Source of the DNA: Octopus sinensis
Taxonomy: Eukaryota
Length of the DNA stretch: 45,699 bases
NCBI RefSeq assembly: GCF_006345805.1
Contig: NW_021835497.1
Span: 1-45,699 of the forward strand
Direction: 5' to 3'
Part shown: positions 11,380-22,800 of the stretch, in pieces
How positions within the stretch are numbered: the first letter of the stretch is position 1
How the letters are laid out: every line of letters begins with the position of its first letter
Made by a program: the position numbers and the translations under genes
Notes under the pieces: model-generated
Seen by the model: only the letters and a program-made list of their open reading frames with translations
What the model was told of the DNA's origin: nothing
Database searches by the model: none

Positions 11380-12238
11380 AGATGGATGGCTGTGAGATTT
11401 GGCTGTTATTTCTTGCAGCAGGTCTACTGTACATTAAGCATTGATACGTTATATATTTAGATCTTGTTTTTTTCTGCATCCTTCTCTGGTTTTCTGTGTC
11501 CGTCTTTGCATATATTTTTGCTAAACTCTTGCTGTTGTTTCTAGCATATGAAATGTTGCAGTTTCATGGACCTGTTGTATTGGATTTGTGTCGTGTGACA
11601 AATAGGTGTACAATTTATAAACTGCAATTAATTTCAGAAGAACAGTAGATTGGAGGGGCATTTAGCTGCTATTTCAAACAACTCTAGCTATCATGTACAC
11701 TTCAGCTTTCATCAGCTAATATATAAATATGTATGGAGTTAGAAGAGACGGTATGATGTTGTTTCAAAGTAGATTTGGCTGCTATATCTAGCAGCTCTGG
11801 CATTCGTTTGCATTTTACACATGATTAATTTAATTTTCTCATTAAATTAAACTTTAATTTGCATTTAAGTATTACAGTGAAATTAATACAACAACCAAAA
11901 CTAGTTACAAACACACACTTACATATGCTAGAAACAGCAGCTATATAGAAGTATTTCATGTTTCTTTTTACACAGTTTCCTTTCCAAAAACGTGTGTCTA
12001 AGTAAAGTTTGTGCTTCAGTACAAGAGACTGAGTGAATATGTATAGGGGATGGGGGTCGGTTTTCTGAAATAAAATCTGTGAGACTGGTGCCCCTAAATC
12101 AACATAAGCAACAAGAGTATGGATGTATTCGGCAGAGGAAGGAATGGAACCCACATTTAGGAGAATATCTTTGCATCGTTTAGGAGTGTGTGAGGGAAGA
12201 CGACTGGGAACAAACGAATGGATTGATATCTATGTATA
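11380..12238 (+). repeat. Diverged ~0.85-0.9 kb unit, copy 1 of 3
   Basis: Shares ordered blocks with 13305-14225 and 14780-15579: GATTTGGCTGYTATTTCT, GCTGTTGTTTCTAGCAT, CAAATAGGTGTA, GATTGGAGGGGCATTT, AAATAAAATCTGTGAGACTG, TCGGCAGAGGAAGGAATGGAACC. Confidence 0.8.
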
Positions 12239-12297
12239 TACATTTGTACTTATATATTATATATCTCCCTCCATCTAACTATACAACATGCATTCAC

Positions 12298-13083
12298 ATA
12301 CAGGTGTGGCTGTGTGGTAAGAAGCTTGTTTCCCAACCACACACTCGGGGGTTCAGTCCCACTGTATGACAACTTGGACAAGTGTCTTCTACTACAGCAT
12401 CTGGCCAACCAAAGCCTTGTGGGTAGAATTTGGTTGGCGGAAACTAAACGAAGCCCATCGTATATTTATACCCATACATACATACTATATATATATATAT
12501 ATATATATATAGTATGTATGTATGTATGTATGTATGTATATATATATATATATATATATACATATATATATACAGAGAGAGAGAGGTGAGCTGGCAGAAT
12601 TGTTAGTGCACCGGACAAAGTACTTAGCGCTGTTTCACCTGTCACTATATTCTGAGTTCAAATTTCGTCAGGGTCAACTTTGCCTTTCAACCTTTCAGGG
12701 TCAATAAATAAAGTACCAGTGAAACATTGGAGTCGATGTTATCAACTCGCCCCCCTCCCACCAAACTTTCAGGCCTCGTACCTATAGTACAACAGATATA
12801 TATATATATATGTGAGTGTATATATCTGTGTGTGTATATATATATAATATATATAATATATATATTCATGTGTGTATATCTGAACCCCACCCCACATAAC
12901 CATCATTTGACAACCTATGTTGGTCTGTTAACAACCCTTTAAGTTCGTTTGGCAAAAGAGACTGATAGAATAAGTCCTGGGCTTACGAAGAATAAATCCT
13001 GGGGTCGATTTGTTTGACTAAAACCCTTTAAGGCAGTGCTCCAGCATGGCCGCAGTCAAATAACTGAAACAAGTAAAAGAAAC
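12298..13083 (+). mobile_element. SINE family A copy with a family B SINE (12583-12797) nested in its central microsatellite
   Basis: Head GGTGTGGCTGTGTGGTAAG...GGTTCAGTCCC at 12303-12361, tail GATAGAATAAGT...GTGCTCCAGCATGGCCGCAGTC...GAAACAAGTAAAAGA at 12965-13080, and a family B body between them. Confidence 0.85.
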
Positions 13084-13106
13084 AAAGAATGTAATATATT
13101 TAGATG

Positions 13107-13291
13107 CAGGGTTTCCCATCCAGGGGTGCACACACCGCTTGGGGGTGCGAGCAGGGCTGGATTTATATGGGGTCAAAGTCGGCAATTGCTCCGGGCACCT
13201 TTATTCTTATATAAACTATTACTTTAAGGGGTGTGAGAACATATTAAAGGTTTTTAAGGGTGCAGGGCATAAAAAAGGTTGGGAACCCCTT
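13107..13291 (+). mobile_element. hAT-like MITE (~185 bp)
   Basis: Imperfect terminal inverted repeats CAGGGTTTCCCATCC / GGTTGGGAACCCCT. An 8-bp target-site duplication is not convincing. Confidence 0.5.
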
Positions 13292-13304
13292 CGATAGATA
13301 AACA

Positions 13305-14225
13305 GACAGATGTGAGATTTGGCTGCTATTTCTAGCAGTAACTCTGGCATCCATTAAGCATTGAAACATTCTATATTTAAATGTCTTTTCTTTCTGCCTC
13401 CCTCTCAGTATTTTCTGTATCCTTCTTCGCATATATTTTTGCTCGAGTCTTGCTGTTGTTTCTAGCATAGGAAACGTCTCAGTTTAATGGACCCTTTGTA
13501 TTTGTCTTGTTTTGCATGACAAATAGGTGTAGAATTTATAGACTGAAGTTAATTTCAGAACTACAGCAGATTGGAGGGACATTTGGCTGCTATTTCAAAC
13601 AAATCGAGCTATCATTTTCATTGGCTTCAATTTTTATCGGCTCATATATAAATATGGATGGAGTTACGTGAGGCAGTATGATGCTGTTTCGACGTAGATT
13701 TGGCTGCTATTTCTAGCAGCCCTTGCTTTCATTTACTTCTTATACATCATGAATTTCGTTTCCTTTTCTAAATTAGACTTCATTTTCCATTTAATTATTC
13801 CAATAAATTAATACAAAACTGGAAAACCATATAAGACAAATAGATAGATAGACAGCTGTGATTCAGTGAGTTTTGACTGCTATTTCTAGCAGCAAGTCTA
13901 TAAAATAGTTACAAATGCACAATTAAATACAAGTTGAAGCTAGAAACAACAGTTAAAGGAATGTATCACATATTTTTTATAAAGTCTCCTTTCCAAAGCT
14001 TTGTGCCTAGGTTTAGTTTGTTGTTTGAGTAGAAGGGACGGAGGGAATATGTTTGGGGTCGATTTTCTGAAATAAAATCCTTGAGACTGGTGCCCCAGAA
14101 TTGACAGAAACAACAAGACAACGAGTAAAATCGGCAGAGGAAGGAATGGAACCAACATGTTGGAGTATACCTTGGTGTCGTTTAGGAATGTGTGTGGGAA
14201 GACAATCGGGAAGAAACGAGTCGAC
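13305..14225 (+). repeat. Diverged ~0.9 kb unit, copy 2 of 3
   Basis: Same block order as copy 1. Confidence 0.8.
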
Positions 14226-14254
14226 ACAGGTACCAGTAATGCAAACTGGCATCG

Positions 14255-14705
14255 GCCAGGCTCTGTCATAAGAAGTTTGCTTCTCAACCACAGGTTTCCA
14301 GGTTCAATCCTACAGTGTGGCACCTTAGGCAAGTGTCTTTTAAATGACCCTTAAGCCAACCAAAGCCTTGTGAGTGGATCTGCTAGATGGAAACTGAAAG
14401 AAGCCCGTCATATATGTATGTATGTATATCTATTTGTATGTGTGTATATATATATATACATATACATACATATATATATATATACATATTCATTTGTGTG
14501 TGTCTACCCTACACCACACATCACCATCGTATGACAACCGATGTTGGTCTGTTTATGTCCCTGTGACTTTGATTTGACAAAAGAGACTGATAGAATAAGT
14601 ACTAAAGTTACAAAGATTTGTTTGACAGAAACCCAGGAAGGTGGTGCTCCAGCAGGGCCACAGTGAAATAACTGAAACAAATAAAAGAATAAATAAATGT
14701 ACAAG
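14255..14705 (+). mobile_element. SINE family A copy
   Basis: GGTTCAATCC...GGCACCTTAGGCAAGTGTC...GGAAACTGAAAGAAGCCCGTC, central (TA)n, then tail to GAAACAAATAAAAGAATAAA. Confidence 0.85.
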
Positions 14706-14779
14706 AATAAAAGAATGTATATATATATATATTTATATAAATAGAGAGACAAACAGACAGACAGACAAATAGATAGACA

Positions 14780-15574
14780 GACAGCTGTGATTCAGTGAGT
14801 TTTGGCTGCTATTTCTAGCAAGTACATTTAACATTGATACATTATATATTTCGATCTTTTTTGGTTTTTGCTTTCCTCCCAGTTTTTTCTTTGTCCGTCT
14901 TTGTATATATTTTTGCTAAACACTTGCTGTTGTTTCTAGCATATGAAATGACACAGTTTAATGGACCTGTTGTATTGGATTTGTTTTGCATCACAAACAG
15001 GTGTAGAATTTTAAACTGTAGCTAATTTCAAAAGTACAGTGGATTGGAGGGGCATTTGGCTGCTATTTCAAGCAACTCTAGCTATATAACTATGTATGGA
15101 GTTACGTGAGACAATATGGGGCTGTTTTCTCTGTAAATTTGGCTGCTATTACTAGCAGCTCTTGCATTCAGTTGCATTTTATATGTCATGCTTTTAATTA
15201 TATTTTTAAATTAGGCATTAATTTGCATTTAATTATAAAATGAAATTAATACAACAACAAAAAACTAGTTACAGACACAAACTTAAATACAAAGTTTGCT
15301 AGAAACAACAGTTATATGAATGTATTGCATATTTTCTCACAAAGGGTCCCTTCCCAAAATATACGTCTAGATTTGGTTTGTGCTTCAGTACAAGAGACTA
15401 ACTGAATACGTATGGGGTGGATTTCTAAAATAAAATCTGTGAGACTGATGCCCCCAAATCAACATAACGAGACTACGAATATAATCGGCAGAGAAGGAAT
15501 GGAACCCGCATGTCAGAGTATATCTTGTCATAGTTTACGAATGTATTTGGGAAGATGACTGGGAGCATATGAAT

Positions 15575-15579
<5 letters not shown>
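14780..15579 (+). repeat. Diverged ~0.8 kb unit, copy 3 of 3
   Basis: Same block order as copies 1 and 2. Confidence 0.8.
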
Positions 15580-15623
<44 letters not shown>

Positions 15624-15804
15624 CATCATTCTAGCTATACAACATACATTTACATATATATATGTTTATATATCAGGGCATTACCATACATAAATGCTTC
15701 ACACTACGAGGGACTATTAAAGTCAAACTACCATAATAAACACATTATATGTGTGTGTATATATATATATATACACATGTTTGTGTGCTCCACAAATGTA
15801 TAGG

Positions 15805-15983
15805 CACAGGTGTTCCTGTGTGGTAAGAAGTTTGCTTTCCAACCACAGGGTTCTGTGTTCAGTCCTACTGCATGGCACCTAGGGCAGTTCTCTTCTATTT
15901 TGACCCCGGGCCTTGTAAGTGGACCTTGTCAGATGGAAACTGAAGTGAGCCCATCAGACATAAATATATGTATATATATACAT

Positions 15984-16019
<36 letters not shown>

Positions 16020-16260
16020 GTGTGCATGTAGGTGTGCCTGTCTGTGTGTCTGCCTCCCTCTCACCCTCATCATAACTTGACAACCGATGGTGGTGTGTTT
16101 ACATCCCTGTAATTTCATTCGGTAAAAAAGACTGCCAGAATATGTACTAAGCTTTCAAAGAGTAAGCCCTGGAGTCGATTTGTTTGGCTAAAGCCCTTTA
16201 AGGCATTGCTCCAGCATGACCACAGTCCCATTGCTGAAACAAGTAAAAGAATAAAAGAGT
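15805..16260 (+). mobile_element. SINE family A copy
   Basis: Same head, middle and tail as 12298-13083. Confidence 0.85.
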
Positions 16261-16434
16261 GTTTATATATCTATACAGATGGATGGTTAGATAAATAGAT
16301 AGAAAGAAAGATAGAAAGATAGAAAGATAGAGAATATGATGATACTGTGGCGCCCCTGCATGGCCGTGACCTTTACACTAGAGGTCAATACTACATATGT
16401 ATATATATGTGTGTGTGTGTGTGTATAGATATTC

Positions 16435-16625
16435 TTTTAGTTACATGACAGTGGCCATGTTGGAGCACCACCTTCAGTCAGGCATATCAACCCCAGGACT
16501 TATTCATTGTAAGCCTTGTACTCATTCTGTCAGTCACTGTTGCTGAACCACAAAGTTACAGGGATGTAAACACACCAACATCGGTTGTCAAGCAATGGTG
16601 TGGACAACCACAGACAAACAAATAT
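16435..16625 (-). mobile_element. SINE family A, 3' half
   Basis: GTGGCCATGTTGGAGCACC...CATCGGTTGTCAAGC is the reverse complement of the family A tail. Confidence 0.75.
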
Positions 16626-16630
16626 ACATA

Positions 16631-16660
16631 CAGTGGTGGGGAAATAAATATTCGTGATGT
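16631..16660 (+). mobile_element. Possible Tc1/mariner-type left terminal repeat
   Basis: TA|CAGTGGTGGGGAAATAAATATTCG resembles Tc1-family TA|CAGTG termini. No matching right end was found. Confidence 0.35.
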
Positions 16661-16697
16661 GTCATAATTCCTCATTTATTTGATTTCTAATGAACAT

Positions 16698-16874
16698 AAA
16701 TGGGATATACCAATACTATATTTGCATTCACTTGCATAAACTAAGAATACTTTTTTCACCCCTAAATATTTATAATTGTATATAAACTCCTTAGTTACTA
16801 TAATTTATTAGTTTCATTTGCATATTCTTAGTGTATGCATGTGTATGCAAATATAGTATTGGTATATCCCATTT
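16698..16874. repeat. 52-bp inverted repeat (3 mismatches) around a 73-bp spacer; MITE-like fold-back
   Basis: AAATGGGATATACCAATACTATATTTGCAT... (16698-16749) pairs with 16823-16874; the outer 30 bp are perfect. Confidence 0.85.
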
Positions 16875-17154
16875 TCCTATCATTTTCCCTAAACATGTTA
16901 GGTATTTAACCAGCAACTCCTTGAATGGTGCCATCCCTTAACTAAGGCGAAATTCACCCCTAATTGAACTTATGAATATATGAAAACATCCAAGATTGTA
17001 TTCTGATAGGAAAAAGGAAAACACCCAAAGGTGCTGCTTCACCTTTTTAATCAGTGAACGGAAATAAAAATAGAATAAATAAATTTCCCTCTCTCTCTCT
17101 TTCGGAGAGGCACAAGCACCTACACGCACATATACACACACGGCAGTAACTTCC

Positions 17155-17292
17155 ACCTACCGAATTCAATCACAAAGCTCCGGTCAGCTCGGGGCTATAG
17201 TGGAAGGCACCTACCCAAAGTTCCATGCAGTGGGACTGAACCCAAAACCGTGTAGATACGAAGCAAGCTCCCTAACCACACAGCCATGCCCG
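17155..17292 (-). mobile_element. SINE family A head fragment
   Basis: GTGGGACTGAACCC...CTAACCACACAGCCATGCC. Confidence 0.75.
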
Positions 17293-18042
17293 ATTTTTAA
17301 TAAATTCAAAATAACACAATGATTGTGATGGTGATGTTGATGATGATGAAGGTGATAATGCTGTTGTTGTTGGTGGTGGTGGTGGTGTTGGTGGTGGTGG
17401 TGGTGTAAGTATTTGCATCCAGACTGAAGAAAGTGAAATTTATACTGAACAATGCATATTCATTAGAAAAACCACAGTTTCTAAGGGTTTTAAAAGCAAA
17501 ACCCTTGAGATGACCCTGAATCTGTAAATGAATGTGTTATCAGTTTGCAAAGAGGTTTCAATTATATTTATTTTTGTCTAAAGGCAGCTTAGCCATTGTG
17601 ACACAAAAGCAGATTGTTAGATGTTGAGAGGGAGGGAGGGGAAACGAAATCAAAAGAACAAGGATCAAATGATTTCAGAGTGATTATTTGAAGAGAGAGA
17701 GGGAGAGAGAGTGAGAGAGAGAGAGAAAGAGAGAGAGAGGAAAGAATGAGGTCCTGTACAGGAAAACAAAAACAATACACAAAGCATTATATTTTTAATA
17801 AATGAGAGCTGAAACAAATGAATAAGATGATGATGATGATGAGAGTGGGGTGTTTTTTTGTGGTGGCGGTGGTGGTGGGGATGTGAATACTTGCATTTTG
17901 GGGACCAATGTGTAAACAAACCCTTGAGTTGTTGAGTAAATGTAAATGAATGCTTTATCAGTTGGAAACAACTGGAATTATTTCAAAATGGATTTTTAGA
18001 CCTTAAGAGGGAGGAAGTGAAAATCAAATCCAAATAACAACA

Positions 18043-18200
18043 GGAGTGTCTTTGTGATAAAAGGCTTGCTTCCCAACTACATGGTTCCAGGTTCAGTCCC
18101 ACCGTGTGGCACCTTAAGCAAGTGTCATCTACTATAACCAAAGCTTTGTGAGTGGCTTTGTTAGACAGAAACAGAAAGAAGTCCATCCTGAATATATGAG
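18043..18200 (+). mobile_element. SINE family A head fragment
   Basis: GGTTCCAGGTTCAGTCCCACCGTGTGGCACCTTAAGCAAGTGTC. Confidence 0.75.
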
Positions 18201-18325
18201 TGTGTGTTTGTGTATATATGTATATATATATGTATATATGTGTGTGTGTGTTGATAAATATTTGAGTGCAATTATGAAGGTGTTTAATCTGTTCTAGTGC
18301 ATGTGTGCTTGTGTGTGTGTGTGTG

Positions 18326-18359
<34 letters not shown>

Positions 18360-18360
<1 letters not shown>

Positions 18361-18427
18361 TAGCTGAAGGTGACCCGCTCTACGCGCGGGTAAGAGTGTG
18401 GTTGTTACTTTCTGTTGCTTCCTTTCA
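18360..18427 (-). mobile_element. Helitron-like 3' terminus
   Basis: Minus strand: hairpin CCCGC...GCGGG (18374-18390), then 11 nt including CTAG|T. Confidence 0.6.
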
Positions 18428-18737
18428 GCACGTAAAATGCCCCATCCGAACGTGGCCGATTGCAGCACCGCCTTGACTTGCTTCTGTGCCGGTGGCACGT
18501 AAAAAGCACCAACTGATCGTTGCCACTGCGAGCCCCCTGGCACCAGTGCCGACGGCACGAAAAAAGCACCCACTATACTCACAGAGTGGTTGGCGTTAGG
18601 AAGGTCATCCACCTGTAGAAACACTGCCAGATCAGACTGGAGCCTGGTGCAGTCTCCTGGCTTCCGAGACCCCGGTCGCACTGCCCAACCCGTGCTAGCA
18701 CGGAAAACGGACGTTAAACGATGATGATGATGATGAT
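18428..18737 (+). mobile_element. 5'-truncated RTE 3' end with (GAT)n tail
   Basis: Near-identical to 28940-29254; ends GGACGTTAAACGATGATGATGATGATGAT. Confidence 0.9.
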
Positions 18738-19737
18738 CCTCCATATTTGTTTCTCTCTCCTTTCTCTCTCACTTTCCCACTCTCTTACTTTTCTTTTCTC
18801 TCGGACTCTCCCTCGCTTCTCTTACTCTCTATCTTTATCTATCTTCTATCTCTCTCTCTCATTTATAAACAACAGAAGATCTTGAGTAAGTTGAGAAATA
18901 AAATATTTAGAAAGATCAATCAGAAATATGAGGCAGTGGCAATGGAAAGGTCTGCTTGAAGGCAGACAGCAAAACGCTAACATTAAAAGGGACAGACGAA
19001 CTTGCGAGCTGAATAAAAATAAAAAAAATATTGGAAACCAAAGTTTGAAGGGATAGAATCTGAGGATAGTAGAGTCACCATGGCTGGCATTTGTTAACGA
19101 CGGACAACAACGTAGTGACAGTTTAACAGCTGGCATAAAATTTTGAACTTGATGTAAAAGAAAATTCGTAAACACCAAGTTTTGAAGTGATTCTTTCTCA
19201 CGACAGTAGACTCACCATGGCAAGCATTCAAAACTTCTTTATCATGGACGGCAACACATTGACGATTAAAAGGATGGCGCAAATTTTTTAGCTTGATGTA
19301 ACAGAGAATTCCTAAACACCCGCTCCTTGAAATTTTAATCCCCTTCCAGCCCCATTTAGACCCCTTTTCACATTTTGGTTAATATAACCCGATTTCATTC
19401 GGGTCTACTGGGGCCACATTTTATAAGATGAGGAATTTTTTCCTAGAGGTGACGCCTTTCATTTGAGGAACAAAATAGTTGTCATGCAAACTTGTCAGCA
19501 CCTTTAACATAGGTGCGCATATTTTCAGCTGAATCGACCGACTACGTAATGCACACATTATATATATATATATACATATGTGTATATATATATGTGTGTG
19601 TGTGCACGCATTATATATACAAATGAGATATATATCTGTATAAATTAAATTAGAGATAAAACCACTAATAGGCAAATCAAACAGTGAAAAACCAAAAACA
19701 AAAACATAAAAAAAGAAAATATAACATAGAAAATATA

Positions 19738-20721
19738 TCTACATATATAAAAATGTAGTTGTGTGAGTGTCTGTCCCCTTCGATTTAGATTCCTAACTAC
19801 TCCCACATTTTGCGGTGCAGTTTAACCAAATTCGGGTATCTTATAGTCGTGATTCATTTCGAGCCCGTCTGGGTATTAGCGCGCGTCTACGATGAGTCTA
19901 CGATTTTAAAAATAATTTAACATTATTTTTTTATTCCATTTTAATGCATATTTTTTCGTGTGTCGATGGCGGCGGAGTTGGCGTCCACGCTCACGCCTGC
20001 AGCTGTGTTGCTTCTCCCCCTTCCCTCCCTCGTGAAGCTGTGGGGAAGGGAGTGTAAGGAAATCAACGTCGTAATGCGTTGTGAAGGAGACCAGCGTTCT
20101 TTTAGAACAACGACTTCATGGCTTGAAGTCGCCAAAACAGAAATCGCTAAAAAAGCTGAAACAGATCTACAAAAACGGCAAAAACCGCCACACAGGGCAG
20201 GTTTCCTGTGCAAACAATTTGTTTTAGTTGTTGCACAAATCTTTATATATAAAAGTAAGGTTGTGTGCCTGTCTCCTACGATTTAGATTCCTAACTACTC
20301 CCACATTTTGCGGTGCAGTGTAACCAAAACCGGGTATCTAATAGTCATGATTCATATCGAGCCCTTCTGGGTATTAGTCTACGATTTAAAAAAAAATTAC
20401 CATCATTCTTTATTCCATTTTAATGCATTTTTCGCTATTATATAAGGGAAGTAACTCTCTAAAAATGTCTACGATGAGTCAACGATTAAAAAAAAAATTA
20501 CCATCATTTTTTATTCCATTTTAATGCATTTTTCGCTATTATATAAGGGAAGTAACTCTCTAAAAATGTCTACGATGAGTCAACGATTTAAAAAAAAATT
20601 ACTATAATTTTTTATTCCATTTTTAATGCATTTTTTGCTATTTGTTTTGCTATAACTCACTAAAAATGCTTATATAGTTATTTCCCTTACAAACCCGAGC
20701 AACGCCAGGCGATACTGCTAG
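19738..20721 (+). mobile_element. Non-autonomous Helitron composite with two 5' ends (19738, 20240) and one 3' end
   Basis: A|TCTACATATATAAAA at 19738 and A|TCTTTATATATAAAA at 20240, each followed by the same GATTTAGATTCCTAACTACTCCCACATTTTGCGGTGCAG block. ~105-bp internal tandem repeats at 20380-20630. 3' hairpin CCCGAGCAACGCCAGG, then CTAG|T at 20718-20722. Confidence 0.8.
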
Positions 20722-21314
20722 TAAAATATAAAATTGAAAACTTTAAATTATTTAAATTGAAAATAAAATTATTAAATTATATTTATAATTTGTTTAAAAA
20801 TTATATACTATGAAAAAGTATGAAAAAGTTAAATATATATAAATACAGATACATACACTTGTATATATACATTATATATACATATTTATATATAGAACAC
20901 ACACACACACACATACCTTATATATACATATTTATATATAGAACACACACACACACGCATACATTATATATACATATTTATATATAGAACACACACACAC
21001 ACACACATACATTATATATACATATTTATATATAGAACACACACACACACATAAATGAACGCAAGAATATCTGATTCATAATATTTGTTCTCATGCTCGT
21101 GTGTCGTTTGTTGGTGACAGACATATACTTAAAAGAACAACGCCGATGTGATAGGAAGGTAGGAAACAGTGTCAGTGAAAAAGAAAGGAAATAGCGATAG
21201 TGACAGATACTTTAAATAACCGTAGTGGACTTCTGAAAGTTATGAAGAGGAGTGAGAGAGTACTGGAGGAAGTAGGGTGAGTGAGGAAGATGGCCCCTAG
21301 CAACCACACCTTTT

Positions 21315-21676
21315 AAGATAGGGATTTCTAAGGTAGCCCACGCGCATCGTCACCTCATTCTACATGTCCGTGTAAATTTTGGAGCGAATCGGACGGGATG
21401 TAGTGGCATTGAAAGCGATCCAAGAAGATAGGGATTTCTAAGGTAGCCCACGCGCATTGTCACCTCATTCTACATGTCCCTGTAAATTTTGGAGCGAATC
21501 GGACGGGATGTAGTGGCATTGAAAGCGATCCAAGAAGATAGGGATTTCTAAGGTAGCCCACGCGCATCGTCACCTCATTCTACATGTCCCTGTAAATTTT
21601 GGAGCGAATCGGACGGGATGTAGTGGCATTGATAGCGATCCAAGCGGTAAAAACGCATTTCAGTTTTATATATAGA
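21315..21676 (-). mobile_element. Helitron-like 5' end with a 110-bp subterminal unit repeated three times
   Basis: AAGATAGGGATTTCTAAGG...GTAAATTTTGGAGCGAATCGGACGGG...GCGATCCAAG at period 110 (GATA at 21317, 21427, 21537), then TTTTATATATAGA|T, which is A|TC on the minus strand. Confidence 0.6.
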
Positions 21677-21691
21677 TATATATATATATAT

Positions 21692-21715
21692 ATAGATAGA
21701 TAGATAGGTAGATAT

Positions 21716-21766
<51 letters not shown>
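21692..21766. repeat. (GATA)n microsatellite
   Basis: Direct reading. Confidence 0.95.
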
Positions 21767-21868
21767 TGGAGTTGAACAAGGGTGTTGTTCAAATTCTTTT
21801 ACTTCCTGGTACCTGTTTATGTATTTTTCTTTGTGTTAATTGTTAACAAGGAAAAATACTCATTCATT

Positions 21869-21916
<48 letters not shown>

Positions 21917-21919
21917 TTA

Positions 21920-22125
21920 TTGTCATCTGTGACTGTCCACCCTCACCATCGTTTGAGAACCAGTGTTGCTGTGTTTACACACCCCTATAACTTGGCAGTT
22001 CAGCAAAAAAGACCATAGAAAAACTACTAAGCTTACAAAGAGTAAGTCCTCGGATCGATTTCTTCTACTAAAGGTGGTGCTCCAGCATGACCACATTCAA
22101 ATTACTGAAGCAAGTAAAGGAATAA
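21920..22125 (+). mobile_element. SINE family A, 3' half
   Basis: GTGTTTACAC...TAACTTGGCAGTTCAGCAAAAAAGACC...GGTGGTGCTCCAGCATGACC. Confidence 0.75.
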
Positions 22126-22469
22126 GAGAATACATATACATGTGCACACATACATATAAGTTAGTTCCTGGGAGATTATTTGCAGAGAAACCCACCTGAG
22201 CTCTGGGCTGTTGGATTCCAGACCAATACCAAAATTCTTCAAGCATAAGAATGCCGGTTTCCCAACAGTAACACCATAGTTGTGTTACACAGACATATAC
22301 ACAGATATATATATATATACATACATGTGTATATATAAACATGTGAGTGTGTATGTGTATATATATACACACATATATATATATATATACATACGTATAT
22401 AAAAATAAGCATATCTATATATATATGTGTGTATTTATGAGAAGGTTGTATGTTATTTCAGGAAAATTT

Positions 22470-22800
22470 CTTTATTATTTCTAACAAGACTATGGCTATG
22501 CTGGAGCACTGCCTTTAATTGAGCAAATCGACGCCTGGATTTTTTCTTTGTAAGCCTAGTACTTATTCTATCAGTCTCTTTTGCTAAACTGCTAAGCTAT
22601 GGGGGACATATACACACACATACATATATATAGAGAATGGGCTTCTTTCAGTTTCCATCTACCAAATCTACTTACAAGGCTTTGGTTGGCCCCAGGCTAT
22701 AGTAGAAGTCACTTGTGCAAGGTGCCACACAGTGGGACTGAACCGAGAGCCATGTGGTTGGTAAGCAATCTACTTACTACACAGCCGCTCCCACACCTAT
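22470..22800 (-). mobile_element. SINE family A copy
   Basis: Reverse complement of tail (ATGCTGGAGCAC...TACTTATTCTATCAGTCTCTTTTGC) and head (GTGGGACTGAACC...TTACTACACAGCC). Confidence 0.8.

Noticed and set aside
11825-14291. Shared minus-strand peptide GSIPSSA...GAPVS.ILFQK.DP in repeat units 1 and 2
   Set aside because: Unit 3 has a frameshift and a stop in the same block; nucleotide similarity alone explains it.
17310-17410. (GAT)/(GGT) run ending in GT|GTAAGT as an Asp/Gly-rich exon
   Set aside because: Simple repeat with no credible acceptor; it is part of a small diverged local duplication (17320-17560 vs 17815-17975).
17983-18744. 253-aa minus-strand ORF (also 28306-29208, 300 aa)
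   Set aside because: Antisense read-through of RTE 3' UTR, SINE and microsatellite sequence.
21315-21645. Regular repeats as a CRISPR-like array
   Set aside because: Units are contiguous and identical with no unique spacers, in a eukaryotic context.
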